Below, one piece after another: positions 59,059-64,000 of a stretch of DNA of 64,000 nt. The notes beneath the pieces are model-generated. The model had not been told where the DNA came from and searched no databases. It saw only the letters and a list, made by a program, of their open reading frames with translations. Every line of letters starts with the position of its first letter. The first letter of the stretch is position 1. The stretch lies in sequence record NC_048673.1. One strand, 5' to 3'. The translations under genes and the position numbers were made by a program.

Positions 59059-60060
59059 TTAGAAATTTCCATCAAGGATATTCATCCAGTGTTCCCGAAC
59101 AAGTTCCCCTGCTAGGTTGTTCACTGCTTTACCTACATCAGAAGGACGTTCTGCATCTCGTAGATTTTTGCTGGTATCCTTAGTGAAATCTTCAATTGCG
59201 TCTTTCGAGAGGTTACCAGAAACCTTACCAAACTCTTTGGTGGTAGGGATCCCAATCTTACTGAGGACATTTTTAAGACGATTCACGTTGATATATTCAG
59301 CAATCTCATGAACCATAGCAAGATCTGATTCACCCAGAGGCTCTTTTACCTTTACCGGTTTGTCAGATTTCCCTTTCTCTGTAAACTTGGAGTTTTTAGA
59401 TTTGAAAATAGTCCGACCTTGACGGGTATAATGTGGGTCTACTGTCTTCGCAACAAACCCCTCCGCAATGTTATCAGTTCCTTCAACAAGATCGAATTTT
59501 CCTGCTTTGTTGCTTGGGATAACAACTGATTGGAAGTCGTTCGGGAGTTTTGTTACACCATCGAAATCCCCACGGTAGATAACAGGGGCATGTTTGAAGA
59601 TCCCATCGATTGCATCCATAACGAAATCGTGGGAGAGGTACATTCCAGTTTCACCAGAGAAAATGAAGATATCAAACACATAAAAGTCTTGATCTCCATA
59701 CTCTACTTCTTTTTGAATCATTTTTCCAGTAGTAAGATTACCGGCATATTCCCCGAAGATTGTAACTTGATCAACTTCTGGGTGTTTTTGTTTAACAAAG
59801 TTGTATACTTTTCGGGCATTATCATGATATTTCTTTACAATCAGGTCTGCTTCATAAAACTGGTCAAAATCACCAAGAAGATCAGTTCGACGACCAGCCT
59901 GTACATGTTCATCATTTACAGCAAGTTGAAAATTAGTACCATGAATCTTTTCCATTGCAACCCATTCAACACCCTTTGCAGTATATCCGGAAGTTGCAAA
60001 AGAGTCGATGACGTTTTGACGATAGTGGTTCTCAAGAGAGTTATATTTTACAAAAATCAT
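59059..60060 (-). CDS. rnlB: RNA ligase 2
   Basis: FVKYNSLENHY, EKIHGTNF (motif I), FGE, EGFV, FKSKN..F.EK. Confidence 0.95.
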   Translation of the reverse strand: MIFVKYNSLENHYRQNVIDSFATSGYTAKGVEWVAMEKIHGTNFQLAVNDEHVQAGRRTDLLGDFDQFYEADLIVKKYHDNARKVYNFVKQKHPEVDQVTIFGEYAGNLTTGKMIQKEVEYGDQDFYVFDIFIFSGETGMYLSHDFVMDAIDGIFKHAPVIYRGDFDGVTKLPNDFQSVVIPSNKAGKFDLVEGTDNIAEGFVAKTVDPHYTRQGRTIFKSKNSKFTEKGKSDKPVKVKEPLGESDLAMVHEIAEYINVNRLKNVLSKIGIPTTKEFGKVSGNLSKDAIEDFTKDTSKNLRDAERPSDVGKAVNNLAGELVREHWMNILDGNF

Positions 60061-60075
60061 ATTATTTCCTTTTAT

Positions 60076-60399
60076 TTAGTCGTAAAAACCGGGTTTTTTG
60101 CTTTCAGCAATAGATTTGCGAATTTGTGGCTCTTTGTCATAGCAGGTTTTGCAATATTTCCCAGCAAACACATTACCAACAAGTTGGTCTTCGTCTTGTG
60201 CAGTACCACAACAAGTACATACAAAATATCGAACACCTACATTTACCAAACCACACTGTTCGTTAAGGAACTCAAGTGGTTTGTTTCGTGGGAGTGCTTC
60301 TGCATCTCGACCACCAACCCCTTTTCGCCAATAAGACCCTGTGCAGTACTTCGAAAAATAAATGTTTGGGTATTTTACTTGCAATTCTTCGTTACACAT
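60076..60399 (-). CDS. hypothetical Zn-finger protein
   Basis: CTCCG...CKTC. Confidence 0.6.
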   Translation of the reverse strand: MCNEELQVKYPNIYFSKYCTGSYWRKGVGGRDAEALPRNKPLEFLNEQCGLVNVGVRYFVCTCCGTAQDEDQLVGNVFAGKYCKTCYDKEPQIRKSIAESKKPGFYD

Positions 60400-60710
60400 T
60401 TTTGTTTCCTTTCTTTATAAAGGTTGTTAATAAAGTTAACAATAACCGGGTGTGGAACACAAATTTCTTTCTCGGTATAACTTACCCTAGCTTTGTGTTT
60501 TCCACCATAAAATTTACCAAACACATTTTTGGCGATCATACCTTTTTGGTGGTGTTGGTTCCTCATTACTGAATATTGATCTGCGTTAGATCGCATCAGT
60601 TTTGATGGAGTTTTCTCTTTCCAAGAAAATATACCAGTTCCTAAAAACTTGTCAAGACCATATGCCAGACCAAGACAAACAACACCAACAGACAAACTTT
60701 CTACCAACAT
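60375..60710 (-). CDS. hypothetical protein with an N-terminal hydrophobic segment
   Basis: 111-aa ORF with GAGG SD. Confidence 0.6.
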   Translation of the reverse strand: MLVESLSVGVVCLGLAYGLDKFLGTGIFSWKEKTPSKLMRSNADQYSVMRNQHHQKGMIAKNVFGKFYGGKHKARVSYTEKEICVPHPVIVNFINNLYKERKQKCVTKNCK

Positions 60711-60722
60711 AATTAATTCCTC

Positions 60723-61253
60723 TTAAAGGTCAGCGATATCAACAGCAACACCACCAGCAGCGATGAACGGGTTGCGGCTCTTGGCACGGTCATCAACCAG
60801 ACAAACGTTAGGACGAGCAAACGCGGCTTTGTCTTCACTACACAGGGTATAATGGAAGTTTTCTAACAAGACAGCAGCGACATCAGCGGGATATACATAA
60901 GAGATCCAAGCTTTCTTCTGGCGAACTACGTTCTCTGGGTTTTGACGACCGACGCTGGTTAAGATACTTACCTTTCGACCCCGACGAACCATCTCAATAA
61001 CCAGAGAAACCCCCTTTTCCATCACCGGAAGATGACGATAGAAATTACCATTTGCCAGTTCTTCTTTGATAAGATTCTTATCTTCTTTGTTCAGACTGTC
61101 AAACTGTTCTGCTGCACCCTCACCAAAACGAGCATCGAATGCACGACACCAGTCAGCCATCACCCCATCCATATCAAAAAACAACTCGTAAGGATCATTC
61201 AGCATTGTAATTCCTCTTTTGTGTCTCAACGAGATAGATAATACTACACACAA
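60723..61253 (-). CDS. HAD-family phosphatase (5'(3')-deoxyribonucleotidase-like)
   Basis: FFDMDGVMADW, ILTS, LVDD; probable start at MLNDPY. Confidence 0.8.
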   Translation of the reverse strand: MCVVLSISLRHKRGITMLNDPYELFFDMDGVMADWCRAFDARFGEGAAEQFDSLNKEDKNLIKEELANGNFYRHLPVMEKGVSLVIEMVRRGRKVSILTSVGRQNPENVVRQKKAWISYVYPADVAAVLLENFHYTLCSEDKAAFARPNVCLVDDRAKSRNPFIAAGGVAVDIADL

Positions 61254-61326
61254 GTTTCATGAGTCAACCCCTTTTTAAAAGAAAAAAGGCCATGAGCAAA
61301 TTGCATCATGACCCACGTTAGACAAC

Positions 61327-61689
61327 TTAACCGTCCTCGCGTTTTGTTTGAGTTTTCTTCTCAACTCTGGCGTTTTCCATCTCACTGATCCGCTTCTCAA
61401 GTCTCTCCAATTCAACTCGGTTCCCCCTATTAACCTCATCGATAAGATCCTTACTATAAAGCATTGCCCGCAGTTGAGCAGTTTCTACAGAATCCTTATT
61501 TGGGAGAGATTTAATCTCCGTTCTTAGGTTATCTATAGATTTGTCCATGTGGGAAGTGATTTGCTCTTTAAAAGCTACTTGGCGGGAATCCGCTATAAAT
61601 TCATTATATGAAAATATAGAGGCCCAGATCGCCACAATAACGGTTAGGACGGGTAGGGTGTCTTTAAACAGCTTACTATTTATAAGCAT
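61327..61689 (-). CDS. single-pass membrane coiled-coil protein (late promoter)
   Basis: LPVLTVIVAIWASIFSY transmembrane segment; CTAAATA on the minus strand at 61735-61741. Confidence 0.65.
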   Translation of the reverse strand: MLINSKLFKDTLPVLTVIVAIWASIFSYNEFIADSRQVAFKEQITSHMDKSIDNLRTEIKSLPNKDSVETAQLRAMLYSKDLIDEVNRGNRVELERLEKRISEMENARVEKKTQTKREDG

Positions 61690-61789
61690 TTTATTTTCTC
61701 CCTACGTCACGAGGAAATGGTATTCCCTCACATTTATTTAGTGTTGCCCTAAATAATTATATATGTGAAAAATTTAAAGAGAGAATGAG

Positions 61790-63295
61790 ATGAAAGTATC
61801 AGTTAAATTCAACGACTATAGTAATGCTATTATTGAATGTGAACGTGACATATTCATGGAATTGAGAGAGTATTATTCATTTGAGACGGAAGGTGGTGCT
61901 AGATTTAATCCTAAGTTTAAATATAGCGGTTGGGATGGTCGGATCCGTCTCCTACAACCGGATGGAAAATTCCCTTATGGTCTGGTCAATAACCTTGAGA
62001 AATATTGCACTAGAAACGAATACGAATTTGAAAAAGAAGAAGACTTTACTCCTATTAACCATTTCACATCTAGAGAAGAGTTTGATAAATGGTTGGCTGA
62101 TATTGATATATATTCTGGGGGAAATAAGATTACCGCGCACTGGTATCAGGCTGATGCGGTTTATTACGCAATTCAGAATAACCGGGGTATCTTAAACCTT
62201 CCTACGTCTGCCGGTAAATCCCTAATAGCAGCTCTTATTTGTTACTGGTATATGACTAATTATGATGGGAAAATATTGCTAATCGTTCCAACAACCTCCC
62301 TTGTTACTCAGATGATGGACGATTTCGCAGATTATCAGTTTATGAGACGGGAATTTTCTCATGGTATTATGGCTGGTAAAACAAAAGATCACCCGGCACC
62401 AGTATTTGTTAGTACATGGCAAAGTGCATCGAAACAACCAGTTCATTGGTTCCGTCAATTTGGGGCTCTTTTGATTGATGAATGTCACAACGTAGGTAGT
62501 GAGATTAAGAATATCATCACAAACCTCTCTGAGTGCCCGTTTAAATGGGGTATGAGTGGTTCTTTGAAAGATGGTAAATGTAATATTATGTCGTATGTTG
62601 GTTTGTTTGGGGATGTATTCAAGCCGGTTAGTACTAAACAACTTATGGAAGAGGGTCAAGTAACAGATCTTAAAATAAATAACCTGTTCTTGCGGTATCC
62701 TAAACAAGATTGTGTATTAACTAAAGGAATAGAATATCAACAAGAGATTAAATATATCGAGGAACATACAAAGAGAAATGCTTTTGTGTGTCGTTTGGCT
62801 TTAAAATTAGCCAAAGAAAAGAAAGAGAATACCTTGATACTGTTTAGGCATAAGGAACATGGGAAGAAGCTTTATGAGGCCCTTAGCAAAAAACATGACA
62901 ATGTATTCTTTGCTAATGGCGATACTAACGTAGAGGAACGGGATCAGCTTAAGAAAATTGCAGAGGGTAGCGACGGAATGATCATCGTTGCTTCTATTGG
63001 TATATTCTCGACAGGTATTTCTATCAAAAAGCTATTCCACGTTATTTTCGCGTCTCCATTTAAATCTAAGGTTACCACATTACAGAGTATTGGTCGGGTT
63101 CTTCGAAAACATGGAGAAAAGACTATCGCCACTCTATGGGATATCGTAGATAACCTATGTATTGAGACAAAAAATTCAAAACCGGGTTCGGTTAAATATG
63201 CGCATCGCAATTATGCGTACAAACATGCAATGCTTCGCATCGAAAGATATGCAAGTGAACAATTTGACTATCAAATTAAGGAAATAGAACTGTGA
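61790..63295 (+). CDS. uvsW: RNA-DNA/DNA helicase UvsW
   Basis: PTSAGKS, IDECH, QSIGRVLR; late promoter at 61749. Confidence 0.97.
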   Translation: MKVSVKFNDYSNAIIECERDIFMELREYYSFETEGGARFNPKFKYSGWDGRIRLLQPDGKFPYGLVNNLEKYCTRNEYEFEKEEDFTPINHFTSREEFDKWLADIDIYSGGNKITAHWYQADAVYYAIQNNRGILNLPTSAGKSLIAALICYWYMTNYDGKILLIVPTTSLVTQMMDDFADYQFMRREFSHGIMAGKTKDHPAPVFVSTWQSASKQPVHWFRQFGALLIDECHNVGSEIKNIITNLSECPFKWGMSGSLKDGKCNIMSYVGLFGDVFKPVSTKQLMEEGQVTDLKINNLFLRYPKQDCVLTKGIEYQQEIKYIEEHTKRNAFVCRLALKLAKEKKENTLILFRHKEHGKKLYEALSKKHDNVFFANGDTNVEERDQLKKIAEGSDGMIIVASIGIFSTGISIKKLFHVIFASPFKSKVTTLQSIGRVLRKHGEKTIATLWDIVDNLCIETKNSKPGSVKYAHRNYAYKHAMLRIERYASEQFDYQIKEIEL

Positions 63296-63573
63296 TATAC
63301 TTTGCTGATTATCTTCGCCTTCAAGAAGAGGTAGAAGAAAAAAACACCGATGGTGGTGATGACAAGCCTGCTGTAAGTATCGAAAAGTTTTTGGGTAAAA
63401 TTATGTCAGCAATGACACCCAAAGGACTTGACGAATTAGAGCGTTATTATAAAAGTCGAATAAAATCCGTTGCTATTTCGGATACTGATGATATTCAGAT
63501 CCGTGATGCAATCGATGGTCGCCGCGAAGCCTTTAAACAAGAGGAAGGCGGTGAGGAAGTAGAAGACTTTTGA
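63292..63573 (+). CDS. uvsW.1: UvsW.1
   Basis: GLDELERYYKSR...DTDDIQIRDAIDGRR. Confidence 0.88.
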   Translation: MIYFADYLRLQEEVEEKNTDGGDDKPAVSIEKFLGKIMSAMTPKGLDELERYYKSRIKSVAISDTDDIQIRDAIDGRREAFKQEEGGEEVEDF

Positions 63574-63612
63574 TTTTTAAAGCCCCTTCCTTTTCGGTTG
63601 GGGCTTTTCTGT

Positions 63613-63948
63613 TTAGAATGGGTTGTGGTTTTTACTTGGGTTTTTAAGGAACTTCTCGTAATTCTTCAACTCATCATAAACCGTTTGCGCTATGAAACCA
63701 ACGCTACATTTTCCTTTTTGATAGATTGCTCCACTAACCCGAACATAACGTGATGCGGAGAACATGTGGGCGAGTTCTGGGTCTACATCATAAAGGAGAG
63801 CCAAGATGCAGTTTTGGCGGTTCTTTCCCCGTGTGTGTTCTAGAACAAGACAATTAAGTTCTTTTCGAACTTGGTTAGTCAGTTCACGGATCTCCATCAC
63901 TTGACCAAATTCACCATTTTTCAAAACATCGTTATTGTGGTGATTCAT
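63613..63948 (-). CDS. hypothetical protein
   Basis: 111-aa ORF with AGGAG SD; bidirectional terminator at 63577-63610. Confidence 0.65.
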   Translation of the reverse strand: MNHHNNDVLKNGEFGQVMEIRELTNQVRKELNCLVLEHTRGKNRQNCILALLYDVDPELAHMFSASRYVRVSGAIYQKGKCSVGFIAQTVYDELKNYEKFLKNPSKNHNPF

Positions 63949-64000
63949 TTTATCTCTCCTTAACGAACCATGGTTTTCATTTTCTTAACAACCACGGTAG

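Noticed and set aside
58402-60420. Long plus-strand ORFs (237 aa and 296 aa) opposite the minus-strand genes
   Set aside because: They fully overlap better-supported genes, including rnlB, and have low-information composition.

Overview
About 64 kb of a large, AT-rich lytic T4-like myophage (Straboviridae-type). The late promoter consensus is CTAAATA rather than T4's TATAAATA. Positions 1-9 kb are a minus-strand accessory region. It holds 10 CCA-encoded tRNA genes, several long structured non-coding stretches, a Dps/ferritin-like gene and a J-domain (DnaJ) gene. It is followed by 57A, gene 1 (dNMP kinase), gene 3, a gp29-like tape measure gene, gp26 with a gp51-like tail, and genes 54, 2 and 4 (all minus strand). 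The plus-strand morphogenesis cluster follows: 48, 53, 27, 5, 5.1, 5.4, 25, 6-12, wac, 13-18, a free-standing HNH endonuclease, 19, 20, 67, 68 and 21-24. A minus-strand accessory block comes next (RyR-domain protein, SLOG/DprA-like protein, inh, LprI-like protein, RNA ligase 2, HAD phosphatase), then uvsW and uvsW.1. The best leads are: (1) a probable -1 programmed frameshift joining gp26 to a start-less gp51-like ORF just upstream of the tape measure gene, like lambda G/GT; (2) a candidate ~820-nt ornate ncRNA with a tRNA-Thr embedded in it; (3) a 1041-aa fibritin with five foldon-like motifs and a probable adhesin/Ig-domain partner at its tip; and (4) a duplicated promoter/stem-loop cassette. 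The assembly contains several Ns and at least one artefactual frameshift (gp7), so frameshift claims need read-level checks. Homology calls come from recognising motifs by eye; no database searches were run.
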